Source: a virus. From it: a stretch of DNA of 37,017 bases. The notes beneath the pieces were generated by a model that did not search any database, was not told where the DNA came from, and was given only the letters and a program-made list of their open reading frames with translations. Where the stretch lies: IMG/VR virus record IMGVR_UViG_3300048687_000120, positions 1 to 37,017 of that record. One strand, 5' to 3'. The translations under genes were made by a program, and so were the position numbers. Of the stretch, positions 1 to 7,079 are shown in pieces; the first letter of the stretch is position 1, and each line of letters starts with the position of its first letter.

Positions 1-127
1 CCAGGGCCATGGCCAGGGGCGCGTTGTCGATGTGGGAGAGAGCCTGCTCGGTGACCGCGTCGTAGAACTGACCGCAGGCCGCGCCGACTTCCCGCACCTT
101 GGGCTGGACCACCGTGATGCCGAGCCG
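1..127. repeat. Terminal direct repeat, copy 1 (exact 127-bp identity with 36891..37017); circular-closure overlap
   Basis: Bases 1-127 read identically to 36891-37017. The repeat lies inside the terL reading frame. Confidence 0.95.
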
Positions 128-1378
128 TTCTTCCAGGGCCGGGATGAGCGAGCCGGCCGGACCGCCGCCGTCGATCACCCAGCAGCGCGGCTTGTGTCGT
201 TCGTGCAGGTCAGCGGCCCTGTCCAGGAGCCAGCCGGTACCCGGTTGATGGTCGACAACTTCCACGTGGGTGCCGCCGCGCCACGTGGAGGCCACGCCGA
301 TCGCCGCGTGCGAGCGTTCCGGGGTCATGTCGATCGAGAAGGACAGCGGCCCCTCGGGCTTGGAGTTGGCGTCCGCCAGCGTCCGCCATACGTCCTCACC
401 GATGACCTGCCAGGTGCTGGCCTTGTCCGACGGATACTCGCCGACCCCCAGCCGCTCCCGGGCGTACAGGAAGTCGCCCATGGTCAGCCGTCCGTGCATG
501 CTCTTGTCGACCTGCAGTCGGTAGCCCACCGCCGGATTCGCCTTCAGCAGCGAGGCCACCGAGTCGACGTCGTCGTGCGCCGTGCAGTCGGGCAGGCACT
601 CGGCCACATGCGGGTCGATCGACCACTCCATGTACGCGAGGACCGGATCCGGATCGCCACTCTCCAGCGCGGCCAGGGCGCGTTCCCGCAGCCGGCCGAG
701 CTGCTGTGAGGCGTGCCCGATACCGGCGCTGCCCAGGTACCACAGCTGGCTGTTCTCGACGGCGTCCGAGGTAGGCGCCAGCGCGGACATCGCGTCATCG
801 CCAAGGATCATGCACTCGTCGAAGATGACGCAGTCCGAGGTGAAGCCTCGTCCCGAGCCGCGGGAGCGGGCGATGTACTTCAGCTCCCGCCCGTCGTGCA
901 GCTCGATGCCCTCGCGGCCGACCGTCTTGTGGTAGTGCTTGACGCGTTTGTGCAGGTCAGGGCACCCGCGGATGAGCCGCTCGATGCGCTTCATCGTGTT
1001 CTGTGTCGTCTTGAACTCGTGCGCGCTCAGCAGGATCTGCTTCTCGTCGCCGATGAACAGGCCCCACAGCACCCGCGCCTCGATGATGCCGCCCTTGCCG
1101 TTCTGCCGCGGGAGGTTAACCGCGACCTCGGTGGCGTTCCAGCTGCCGTCCGCCCGCTCGCTCATGCCCTGGTCCAGGACGAACTGTTGCCAGGGATCGA
1201 GGTGGAGACCGGCTCGGGCCGCCAGGGCAACGGCCTCCTGCCCGGCGCTCGAGAGGGCGAAGCCCGGTACAGCGTGGATCCGCGGCCGCTGTGCGCCGTA
1301 GATGGTCGTGTCAGTCGCCGGCTGCTGCCTGCTCGCGGGCTTCGGCCCGGCGCTTTTCTCGCTGACGAGCGATGTCAT
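1..1378 (-). CDS. terL: Terminase large subunit, N-terminal ~459 codons; the ORF runs off the left edge and continues at 36890..36736
   Basis: Hand translation of the minus strand from ATG 1378 (SD GGAGGGAG about 9 nt upstream) is open to base 1. It contains ...AVNLPRQNGKGGIIEARVLWG... (Walker A) and ...SDCVIFDECMILG... (Walker B). It is missing from the ORF track because it has no stop inside the window edge. The start is uncertain (68-nt overlap with the upstream ORF). Confidence 0.9.
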   Translation of the reverse strand, partial: MTSLVSEKSAGPKPASRQQPATDTTIYGAQRPRIHAVPGFALSSAGQEAVALAARAGLHLDPWQQFVLDQGMSERADGSWNATEVAVNLPRQNGKGGIIEARVLWGLFIGDEKQILLSAHEFKTTQNTMKRIERLIRGCPDLHKRVKHYHKTVGREGIELHDGRELKYIARSRGSGRGFTSDCVIFDECMILGDDAMSALAPTSDAVENSQLWYLGSAGIGHASQQLGRLRERALAALESGDPDPVLAYMEWSIDPHVAECLPDCTAHDDVDSVASLLKANPAVGYRLQVDKSMHGRLTMGDFLYARERLGVGEYPSDKASTWQVIGEDVWRTLADANSKPEGPLSFSIDMTPERSHAAIGVASTWRGGTHVEVVDHQPGTGWLLDRAADLHERHKPRCWVIDGGGPAGSLIPALEERLGITVVQPKVREVGAACGQFYDAVTEQALSHIDNAPLAMAL

Positions 1379-1598
1379 CGACGCTGTCTCCCTCCTCGAT
1401 CACGGGGGCCAGCGTGCGAAGGTCGCTCAGGACGGCGCGCAGTTCGCGGGCTGCGTTGGCCTTGGCGGTCGGGCCGCTGTCCTCGTCGATCGATTCGGCC
1501 AGCGCGATGGCGAGCTGTGCGAGGCCAGGCGCTGTTTCGACGACGCGGAGTTGATCGATCTCGGCCGTGATCTTGTCAGTGACGATGCCCATGATCAC
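1311..1598 (-). CDS. Small acidic helical protein directly upstream of terL; possible small terminase subunit
   Basis: 95-aa ORF MIMGIVTDKITAEIDQLRVV… ending …REKRRAEAREQAAAGD. The call is by position only; no motif recognised. Confidence 0.45.
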   Translation of the reverse strand: MIMGIVTDKITAEIDQLRVVETAPGLAQLAIALAESIDEDSGPTAKANAARELRAVLSDLRTLAPVIEEGDSVDDIARQREKRRAEAREQAAAGD

Positions 1599-1831
1599 CC
1601 CCGGTCACAGAGCGTCAGAGGGTCCGGCGCCCACTAAATCGCCAGCGTGAAGACCAGCGGATTAGCGAGTGATCCGGGCCGCGCAAAAAATCGGGCGAGA
1701 AGGGCGTTTGGGTCGCCCAGGGGTGCACTAAAAAGTGGGGTGGGGCGGGGTCTCCTCGCCGCTCGTCACGGCCCCTGAGAGTGATCGTCCGAGGGGGTTC
1801 CGGGGCGCCGCCGGCCGGGGGTGACCAGGTG

Positions 1832-2269
1832 TCACCAGTCCCTCGAGCGTTGGGGCATGGCCTCTGCGGGGGCGTGCTTGCGGGCCTTGTACCAGCGGGA
1901 GGCGACCCGCTCCATGGCGGGGGACCTCATTGCCTTGATGCGTTCCATCACGACGTCACGGCCAGGGTCGACGGCCACCACCTTGGCCTCGAGACGCTTG
2001 TACTTGGCCATGGCCTTGGCGCTGGGCTGGGTGTGGATGAGGTAGACGTCGAGCTTGTCGAGGTGCTGGCAGGCTTCGTCGATGGCGGCGTAGCGGGCGC
2101 GGTGGGCAACACGCACGACCAGTTCGTTCTGGTTCCACTGCGGTGCGCCCGGGCCGGTGAGCGCGACGGTGATGCGGTCGAGGTCGATGACGATGTCGGT
2201 GGGCTTGGCGCGGGCCTGGATCCACGAGGACTTGCCCGCGGCCGGCGGGCCGGTGACGACGTACAGCAC
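1832..2269 (-). CDS. P-loop NTPase (AAA/kinase-like ATP-binding protein)
   Basis: GTG start with GAGGTG SD. N-terminal Walker A VVTGPPAAGKSSW. 145 aa. Confidence 0.7.
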   Translation of the reverse strand: MLYVVTGPPAAGKSSWIQARAKPTDIVIDLDRITVALTGPGAPQWNQNELVVRVAHRARYAAIDEACQHLDKLDVYLIHTQPSAKAMAKYKRLEAKVVAVDPGRDVVMERIKAMRSPAMERVASRWYKARKHAPAEAMPQRSRDW

Positions 2270-2275
2270 GGCCTG

Positions 2276-2554
2276 TCACCTCACCTCGGCGTCCGGGGCG
2301 AGTGCGAGGCCGGCGGCGTCGAGGAAGTCGCTGAGGTCGATGCAGCCGTCGAGTCTGCCGCCGGTGTTCCACTCGACGATCGGTTCCTTGTCCAGGTCCC
2401 AGGTGTCGGGGTCGGGGCTTGGCTGGGCTTCGACGGTGCCGATGCCGCTCCGGTAGCGCAGGTAGAGGTACTGGCCCGTGGCCGTCCAGGCGTCCCACTG
2501 CGACGGGCAGGCGCTGCAGGTCTCGACGACGCGGACGAGGACGGTTCTCGGCAT
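2276..2554 (-). CDS. Hypothetical small protein with a CxxC motif
   Basis: Only the last 92 codons of track ORF 2276..3817 look protein-like (MPRTVLVRVVETCSACPSQWDAW…). ATG at 2554 lies 3 nt after the HNH stop. Confidence 0.6.
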   Translation of the reverse strand: MPRTVLVRVVETCSACPSQWDAWTATGQYLYLRYRSGIGTVEAQPSPDPDTWDLDKEPIVEWNTGGRLDGCIDLSDFLDAAGLALAPDAEVR

Positions 2555-2556
2555 GG

Positions 2557-2832
2557 TCACCACCTTCGCAGGGTGCTCTGGGTCTGCTTGCGGGTGGTGC
2601 GGTTGCCCTTGACGCTGTTGCACCGCCGGTGTGCGGGGCGGGCATTGGCGGGGTCGAGGAGGCTGCCGCCGCGGGAGAGCGGGATCTCGTGGTCGAGGGT
2701 GAACGACAACGGGTGCCGGGCGTCCAGCTCGTAGCCAATGTTGTGGCCACACAGCCAGCACGGCAGGCCCTGGGCTCTCAGCCAGGCGCAGAGCCTGCGG
2801 TAGGGGCGCCCGTTGCGTGGATTGCTGGGCAC
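2557..2832 (-). CDS. HNH endonuclease (terminase-associated type)
   Basis: 91 aa with CWLCGH…LDHEIPLSRGG…PAHRRCNSVKGN, a classic HNH/His-Me finger. It lies in the same strand block as the terminase genes. Confidence 0.85.
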   Translation of the reverse strand: MPSNPRNGRPYRRLCAWLRAQGLPCWLCGHNIGYELDARHPLSFTLDHEIPLSRGGSLLDPANARPAHRRCNSVKGNRTTRKQTQSTLRRW

Positions 2833-2847
2833 GGGCGCCGCCCCCTG

Positions 2848-3099
2848 TCACTCCTCGCCGAGGACCTCGGCACGTGCGGCGTCGGCCTTGCGGTTGAGTA
2901 CGCCCGTCATCCTGAACACGATGAACGTGAGCAGCAGGAACACGACGACGAGCAGCACCTGTGTGATCACCGAGACGACGGCGACGTGTCGTGTGGCGCT
3001 GGCGATGATCGCCGTGATGCCGATGCCGGAGATCCAGCCGAGCCAGAGTCGGATCTTCTCGGCTCTGACGGCCTTCTGCACTTCGCTGTAGCTGGCCAT
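2848..3099 (-). CDS. Small membrane protein (2 predicted TM helices)
   Basis: MASYSEVQKAVRAEKIRLWLGWISGIGITAIIA…VLLVVVFLLLTFIVF. ATG 3099 is preceded by GGGGGGAACC (SD-like). The track ORF extends to GTG 3111. Confidence 0.6.
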   Translation of the reverse strand: MASYSEVQKAVRAEKIRLWLGWISGIGITAIIASATRHVAVVSVITQVLLVVVFLLLTFIVFRMTGVLNRKADAARAEVLGEE

Positions 3100-3123
3100 G
3101 GTTCCCCCCACGGTGATGGTGTG

Positions 3124-3564
3124 TCAGGGGTTCATGATGCCGCGCGTGAGGCTGGCCGGTACATGGGTTCCGATCGCTGCCATGACGGCGCGGGCGCAGG
3201 CGACGTAGTCGGCGCGGACTGCCTGTATCTGGTCGCTCCAGTCGCTGTCCGGGAACCGGTTGGCGTGGATGGCCCGGGCTGCGCGCAGCACCAGGTCCTC
3301 GTCGCTCACGGCCGGGGCGTGCAGGTCGACGACGTAGCGGTACACGGGCTTGCCGCCGTTGCGCTCCCGGGCGCGGGCCGAGGTGAGTTCGGCGTGCGTC
3401 CAGGTGACGGTGCCGCGGTGTCCGCTGGGGAAGCGGCATTCGAAGCGGTCGGGGGTGGTGGGGACGCCCATGGCCTGGTTGTCGATGCGGGCCTTGGTGA
3501 GTGCTTCGACGCGGTCGGCAATGGTGCGGAGCTGGCGGGGGGTGAGGCTGTTGTCGACGGGCAC
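3124..3564 (-). CDS. Hypothetical protein
   Basis: 146-aa ORF. GTG start with AGGAG 6 nt upstream. Balanced composition, unlike the overlapping Pro/Arg-rich shadow ORFs. Confidence 0.6.
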   Translation of the reverse strand: MPVDNSLTPRQLRTIADRVEALTKARIDNQAMGVPTTPDRFECRFPSGHRGTVTWTHAELTSARARERNGGKPVYRYVVDLHAPAVSDEDLVLRAARAIHANRFPDSDWSDQIQAVRADYVACARAVMAAIGTHVPASLTRGIMNP

Positions 3565-3747
3565 GGGTTGCTCCTGCCGGGGTGGGTGGCTTTGTGCCCC
3601 CGCCCGGGGCCGGCTGCCTGGCAGGTGCTGGCCGTCGGGGCGGGGGCGGGGTCCACGTGCCGCACGCGGCTGCTTCCCGACAGCGGGGGCTCGTGAACAG
3701 GGGGGCCCGCCGGTGGGCGCGGGGAAGCGCCCGGCGGGCTGCAGGAC

Positions 3748-3782
3748 GAGGCCCCGCCGACGGGGGGTGTCGGCGGGGCCTC
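3748..3782 (-). terminator. Strong hairpin downstream of the Xis-like gene (14-bp perfect stem)
   Basis: GAGGCCCCGCCGAC (3748-3761) / GTCGGCGGGGCCTC (3769-3782) with a 7-nt loop. A second hairpin follows: GCCCGCCGG 3705-3713 / CCGGCGGGC 3731-3739. Confidence 0.6.
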
Positions 3783-3858
3783 AAGTCGTGGGGTGGGCAG
3801 AGTTGTTCTACCTGCAACAGATCGTGGCCCGGCGATCGTGGTCCCGCAACTGTGCAGG

Positions 3859-4053
3859 TCAGGCGGCCTGTTGGAGACTGCGGCGGGGCTTGGGGGCCTG
3901 CTTGGCGGCGTGCAGGTGGCGCAGGTCGTACAGCGGGTGGCGGTCGGTGCCGCCGGCGGGGGAGATGAGTCCTCGGCGGCGCCAGTCGCGGAGGGTGGAC
4001 GGCTTGACCCCGGCGGCGACGGCGGCGAGGTCGGAGGGAAGCAGTCTGGCCAT
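3859..4053 (-). CDS. MerR/excisionase-family HTH DNA-binding protein (Xis candidate)
   Basis: The 64-aa C-terminal part of track ORF 3859..4203: MARLLPSDLAAVAAGVKPSTLRDWRRRGLISPAGG…. No SD; it sits 6 nt after a -10-like hexamer (leaderless). It is in the int/endoVII strand block. Confidence 0.6.
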   Translation of the reverse strand: MARLLPSDLAAVAAGVKPSTLRDWRRRGLISPAGGTDRHPLYDLRHLHAAKQAPKPRRSLQQAA

Positions 4054-4059
4054 GCGATC

Positions 4060-4088
4060 AGTGTGATCGGAATTCGCCCGAGTGTTCC
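4060..4088 (-). promoter_or_regulatory. Candidate promoter PA (-35 GGAACA, 17-nt spacer, -10 CACACT), member of a 3-copy motif family
   Basis: Minus strand reads GGGGAGCGGGGGGAACAC-N-CACACTGATCGC-ATG. The 18-mer GTGTTCCCCCCGCTCCCC (4082-4099) is repeated exactly at 10104-10121. Confidence 0.45.
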
Positions 4089-4166
4089 CCCCGCTCCCCT
4101 CCTGTCGCCGTGCGCTGGGTCGTTGCCCGCCCGCCGATCTTCTTACGAACCTTCGGGCGGTGGCGG

Positions 4167-4709
4167 TCACAGGCCGATGCCGTCGGTGACGGCGTCCTCC
4201 CACATGCCGCCTGCACTCTCCGCCATGGACCGGGCTTCCCGCCCGGTGATGGGGTGGACGTACCGAATGGTGACGCCAAGGATCATGGCGGGCGGCCGCA
4301 GCCGGTACTTCACGTACAGGCCGGCGGCGCCGTACAGGCCTTCACGCGTATTGCAGCCGACGCAGAGGTAGCCGCGGACCAGGCCCGTCTCGTGTTCGTG
4401 GTCCTCGACCTGTCCCTCGTTCAGGGCGCCGCAGATGGCGCACAAGCCGTGATGCCAGGCGAGCAGCCGCTGCCAGTCCTCCCCTTCAGGGGCGGGCCAG
4501 GACCAGGACCAGCAGGAGGGGTCGGCATCGAGGACGCGGCAGCGGGCTTCCTCGCGTTCCGCGACGTAGGCGGCCAGTGCCGCCGTCTCGGATTCTGTCA
4601 GGTGCGGACGGCATGCCCTCGGGTCAGGGAGCGCCGTGACACCGGTCCAGATAATGGGGTTCCCGCGGCAGGGCAGTCCCCGCTTTGTCAGGCGCGTGCA
4701 CGTGCTCAC
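4167..4709 (-). CDS. Recombination endonuclease VII family protein
   Basis: …HHGLCAICGALNEGQVEDHEHETGLVRGYLCVGCNTREG… matches the Endo VII CxxC…DH(D/E)H.TG.VRG.LC..CN signature. The GTG start overlaps the int stop (GTGA). Confidence 0.8.
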   Translation of the reverse strand: MSTCTRLTKRGLPCRGNPIIWTGVTALPDPRACRPHLTESETAALAAYVAEREEARCRVLDADPSCWSWSWPAPEGEDWQRLLAWHHGLCAICGALNEGQVEDHEHETGLVRGYLCVGCNTREGLYGAAGLYVKYRLRPPAMILGVTIRYVHPITGREARSMAESAGGMWEDAVTDGIGL

Positions 4710-5842
4710 TCGGTGCCTCTCTCAGCCGGTTCGGTGACGCGGAGCATCGACAGTGCGGCAGCGCGCCGCCCGGAGTCGGTCCGCTTGCCCGCGCGGCGCA
4801 GGCCGACCTTGCGGTACAGCTCCACCATGGCGTCGCTGTGCCAGTCGTCTCCGGTGGCATCGCGGATCTCCGCGGCGCTGAGCCCGAGGGCGCCGAGGTC
4901 GGTGGGGACGCCGGCGCGCAGTCCGTGGGCGGTGACGTTCTCGGCGACGTCGACGTCGGCCTCCACGGCGCGGGCCTTGACGATGTTGTTGACGGCTTGC
5001 CGGGTGAGTCCCTGGCCGGTCTTGGAGCTGACGGGACCGAGGTTGCCCCACATGTCGACGTTGCGCAGCAGCGGCAGGCGAGGGTCCGCCTGCCCGCGTT
5101 CGGCGAGTGCGTCCAGCCAGGCCCGCAGGTCGGCGAGGAAGTCGGGGTCGTCGACCTCGTACTCCTTGCCCTCGGACTCCTTGTCGTTCTTGGAGACTCG
5201 CTTGGTAAAAACGACGAGGGCGGCGGAGACCCACTGGATGTCCCCCAGCAGGAACGCGGCCAGTTCGGAGGCGCGGCCGCGGGTGAAGTAGCCGATGCCC
5301 AGCAGTACGCGGTCGCGGAGGCCGACCAGGGAATCGGTGGGGCAGACGTCCCGCATGGCGCGGAGCCGCTCGAGGTCGACCGGCGCGGAGGACCGCTTGC
5401 CCTTGCCCGCGGCGGCCCACGCATAGCGGTGGTCCTGGTAGATCTTCAGCGCGGCCGCCACGTCGGGGGTGCCCTCGAGCCCGGCGCGGGCGTTCATGTG
5501 GCGCACGGCGGTGATGGCCAGGCGCAGCGTTCCGGGCGGGGCTTCCTTGCGGCGCAGGTGCGAGATGTACGAGGCGAGGTTCTTGGACGTGGTGGCCGGG
5601 CCCGGTGTGCGGCCGTTGGCGGCGCACCAGCGGGCGAACGCCTTCCACTGGTCCTCGTACGTCTGGCGGGTGTTCTCGCGGCCGCTGTTGGCCAGGTCCT
5701 CGGCGGCCTCGTCGGTGAGGGTGTCGTTGACGTCGACCACCTCGGGGACCGCGGGCAGGTGCCCGGAGGGGTCGGGCACGATCTCGGCGTCGATAACGGG
5801 GACGATCTCAGAACCGGTCACGGCCCCAGGGTACCGTAGCAC
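4706..5842 (-). CDS. int: Tyrosine integrase / site-specific recombinase
   Basis: 378 aa. Contains …GLRDRVLLGIGYFTRGRASELAAF… (catalytic-domain Arg region) and …VTAHGLRAGVPTDLGALGLS…AMVELYRK (HxxR … Y). The start is GTG 5842 or GTG 5821. Confidence 0.85.
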   Translation of the reverse strand: MLRYPGAVTGSEIVPVIDAEIVPDPSGHLPAVPEVVDVNDTLTDEAAEDLANSGRENTRQTYEDQWKAFARWCAANGRTPGPATTSKNLASYISHLRRKEAPPGTLRLAITAVRHMNARAGLEGTPDVAAALKIYQDHRYAWAAAGKGKRSSAPVDLERLRAMRDVCPTDSLVGLRDRVLLGIGYFTRGRASELAAFLLGDIQWVSAALVVFTKRVSKNDKESEGKEYEVDDPDFLADLRAWLDALAERGQADPRLPLLRNVDMWGNLGPVSSKTGQGLTRQAVNNIVKARAVEADVDVAENVTAHGLRAGVPTDLGALGLSAAEIRDATGDDWHSDAMVELYRKVGLRRAGKRTDSGRRAAALSMLRVTEPAERGTE

Positions 5843-5843
5843 T

Positions 5844-5865
5844 TTCCATAAGTGGAGTTATGGAA
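5844..5865. promoter_or_regulatory. AT-rich perfect inverted repeat abutting the int start (operator or attP-arm candidate)
   Basis: TTCCATAA (5844-5851) - GTGGAG - TTATGGAA (5858-5865), in an otherwise GC-rich genome. Confidence 0.35.
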
Positions 5866-6039
5866 TGTGGTAAGCCCATACAGCCTCTCGGGGCGGGCGG
5901 AGCCGGGGATCGGCGCCGATCACTGCTGGTGGTTTGGGGGTCGGGGAACAAGCCGGGAGACTGCTCACGGTTACTGGGCCGCGGGGCGTTGTGCTGCCGG
6001 GGCGGCAGGAGGACGCTGGCCCCGACGAGAGGGGCGCCC

Positions 6040-6216
6040 ATGGGCTGGGTGGATTCGCAGTACATTCGCGTCCTCCAGGACGACCCGCGGTACGGGCGAC
6101 TGCTCAGCCTCACCCGGCGGCTGCTGGAGGTACGCATGCCCACCTGCACCAACGCGGGATGTCAGGGCGGGACGATCACCGTGAAGGACGCCGACGGAAG
6201 GGCCGGCGGCCGGTAG
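6040..6216 (+). CDS. Hypothetical small protein
   Basis: The last 58 codons of track ORF 5860..6216 (MGWVDSQYIRVLQDDPRYGRLLSLTRRLLEV…CTNAGCQGG…). A purine-rich stretch (GAGAGGGG) lies upstream and a hairpin follows. Confidence 0.45.
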   Translation: MGWVDSQYIRVLQDDPRYGRLLSLTRRLLEVRMPTCTNAGCQGGTITVKDADGRAGGR

Positions 6217-6225
6217 ACACCGCAA

Positions 6226-6252
6226 CGCCTCCGCCCTCGATCGGGCGGGGCG
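6226..6252. terminator. Bidirectional hairpin between convergent genes
   Basis: CCGCCC (6231-6236) TCGATC GGGCGG (6243-6248), extendable with one bulge. It lies between the 6216 (+) stop and the 6266 (-) stop. Confidence 0.5.
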
Positions 6253-6265
6253 CGTTCGTGTCCGG

Positions 6266-6688
6266 CTACGGGCGCCACTCCTCGCGGTAGCCGGGCCGGT
6301 CCGCGTACACGGCGGCGAGGGCGGCGAGGATGGGTGAGTCGTCAGTCTGTGGATCCCAGCCCCCCATCATGCGGCGGCGCTCGGCGGCGTACCGCTTGTG
6401 CTGCTCAATGATCTGCCGCTTGGCGTCGATCTCGCGCAGCACCCGGGCCGGATCCCACCGTTCGATGTGCCGGCCCACCCCGTCGTCATCGGCGTTGTAC
6501 GGGCTCACGTTCACCACGCCATCGTCCAGGTAGTCCACGATGACGTACTGCTCGTAACGGGCCTGGGGTGGGCGGGCAGTCCATACGTCCGACTGGTCAT
6601 CCCAGCAGGCCGCGCGCGCAATCCGCTCGTCCTCGTCGATCTGCTCGCCGAGCCACTGCACCAGGTCCATGCCCTGAGTCTGGCGCAC
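6266..6688 (-). CDS. DUF6221-like protein (actinobacterial/phage family ending …PGYREEWRP)
   Basis: 140 aa: …ARVLREIDAKRQIIEQHKR…LAALAAVYADRPGYREEWRP. The family is assigned from memory of this C-terminal signature. Confidence 0.6.
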   Translation of the reverse strand: MRQTQGMDLVQWLGEQIDEDERIARAACWDDQSDVWTARPPQARYEQYVIVDYLDDGVVNVSPYNADDDGVGRHIERWDPARVLREIDAKRQIIEQHKRYAAERRRMMGGWDPQTDDSPILAALAAVYADRPGYREEWRP

Positions 6689-6712
6689 CCGGCCGCCGTC
6701 GTTTCCCCCGGT

Positions 6713-6940
6713 TCAGGGGCGCCAGTCCTCGTGGTAGCCGGGCCGGTTGCGGTAGGCGAGGGCGAGCACGCGGTCGATGTCGTCGTCGTGGCGGGCGAAC
6801 AGCCGGCGCCGGGCGTCGGTCTCGCGCAGCAGTGCGGCCACCGGGCCGTCGTCCGGGGCGGCCTGGGCGCGGGCGTCGTCCGCGGCGAGCTGCCGGTCCA
6901 GCCAGCCGCGCAGTCCAGGGGTGTGGTCGTCGGCATCCAT
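6713..6940 (-). CDS. Short DUF6221-like paralogue
   Basis: 75 aa from ATG 6940 (SD GGAAGGGGG): MDADDHTPGLRGWLDRQL…LLRETDARRRLFARH…LALAYRNRPGYHEDWRP. It has the same C-terminal signature as the neighbour. Confidence 0.6.
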   Translation of the reverse strand: MDADDHTPGLRGWLDRQLAADDARAQAAPDDGPVAALLRETDARRRLFARHDDDIDRVLALAYRNRPGYHEDWRP

Positions 6941-7065
6941 CGGCTGCCCCCTTCCGCTTGAACCCGTCAACTCTGCCAGTCGACCGCGGGTGATCGCAGG
7001 GTGGATAGCACACGGGTGCCGGGCGCGGATCGGCCCGGGTGCCGTCCGGCGCCGGGAGCCGGGAG

Positions 7066-7074
7066 CTAGGTTCT
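7066..7074 (+). promoter_or_regulatory. Third copy of the switch-region operator half-site CTAGGTTCT, 6 nt upstream of the parA ATG
   Basis: The exact 9-mer also occurs at 14494-14502, and as its reverse complement at 14469-14477. Confidence 0.45.
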
Positions 7075-7079
7075 CGACC

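Noticed and set aside
1-127. The 127-bp terminal repeat as a genuine virion direct terminal repeat
   Set aside because: It falls inside the terL coding sequence, and its length matches a typical assembler k-mer overlap. It is treated as a circularisation artefact unless read-end data show otherwise.
32-1570. Long plus-strand ORFs 32..709 and 713..1570 (225 and 285 aa)
   Set aside because: They are Arg/Gly/Ala/Pro-rich shadow frames antisense to the terminase large subunit. The minus-strand translation contains clear Walker A/B motifs.
3101-3109. Fourth copy of GTTCCCCCC (GGGGGGAAC on the minus strand)
   Set aside because: It lacks the extended 18-mer and the downstream -10-like hexamer, and it lies 1 nt from ATG 3099. 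It most simply acts as a Shine-Dalgarno-like G-run rather than a member of the promoter family.
2555-3817. N-terminal ~420 codons of the 513-aa minus-strand ORF 2276..3817
   Set aside because: The composition is extremely Pro/Arg-rich. It overlaps, out of frame, the HNH, membrane-protein and 3124..3564 genes. Only the last 92 codons (from ATG 2554) look like a real protein.
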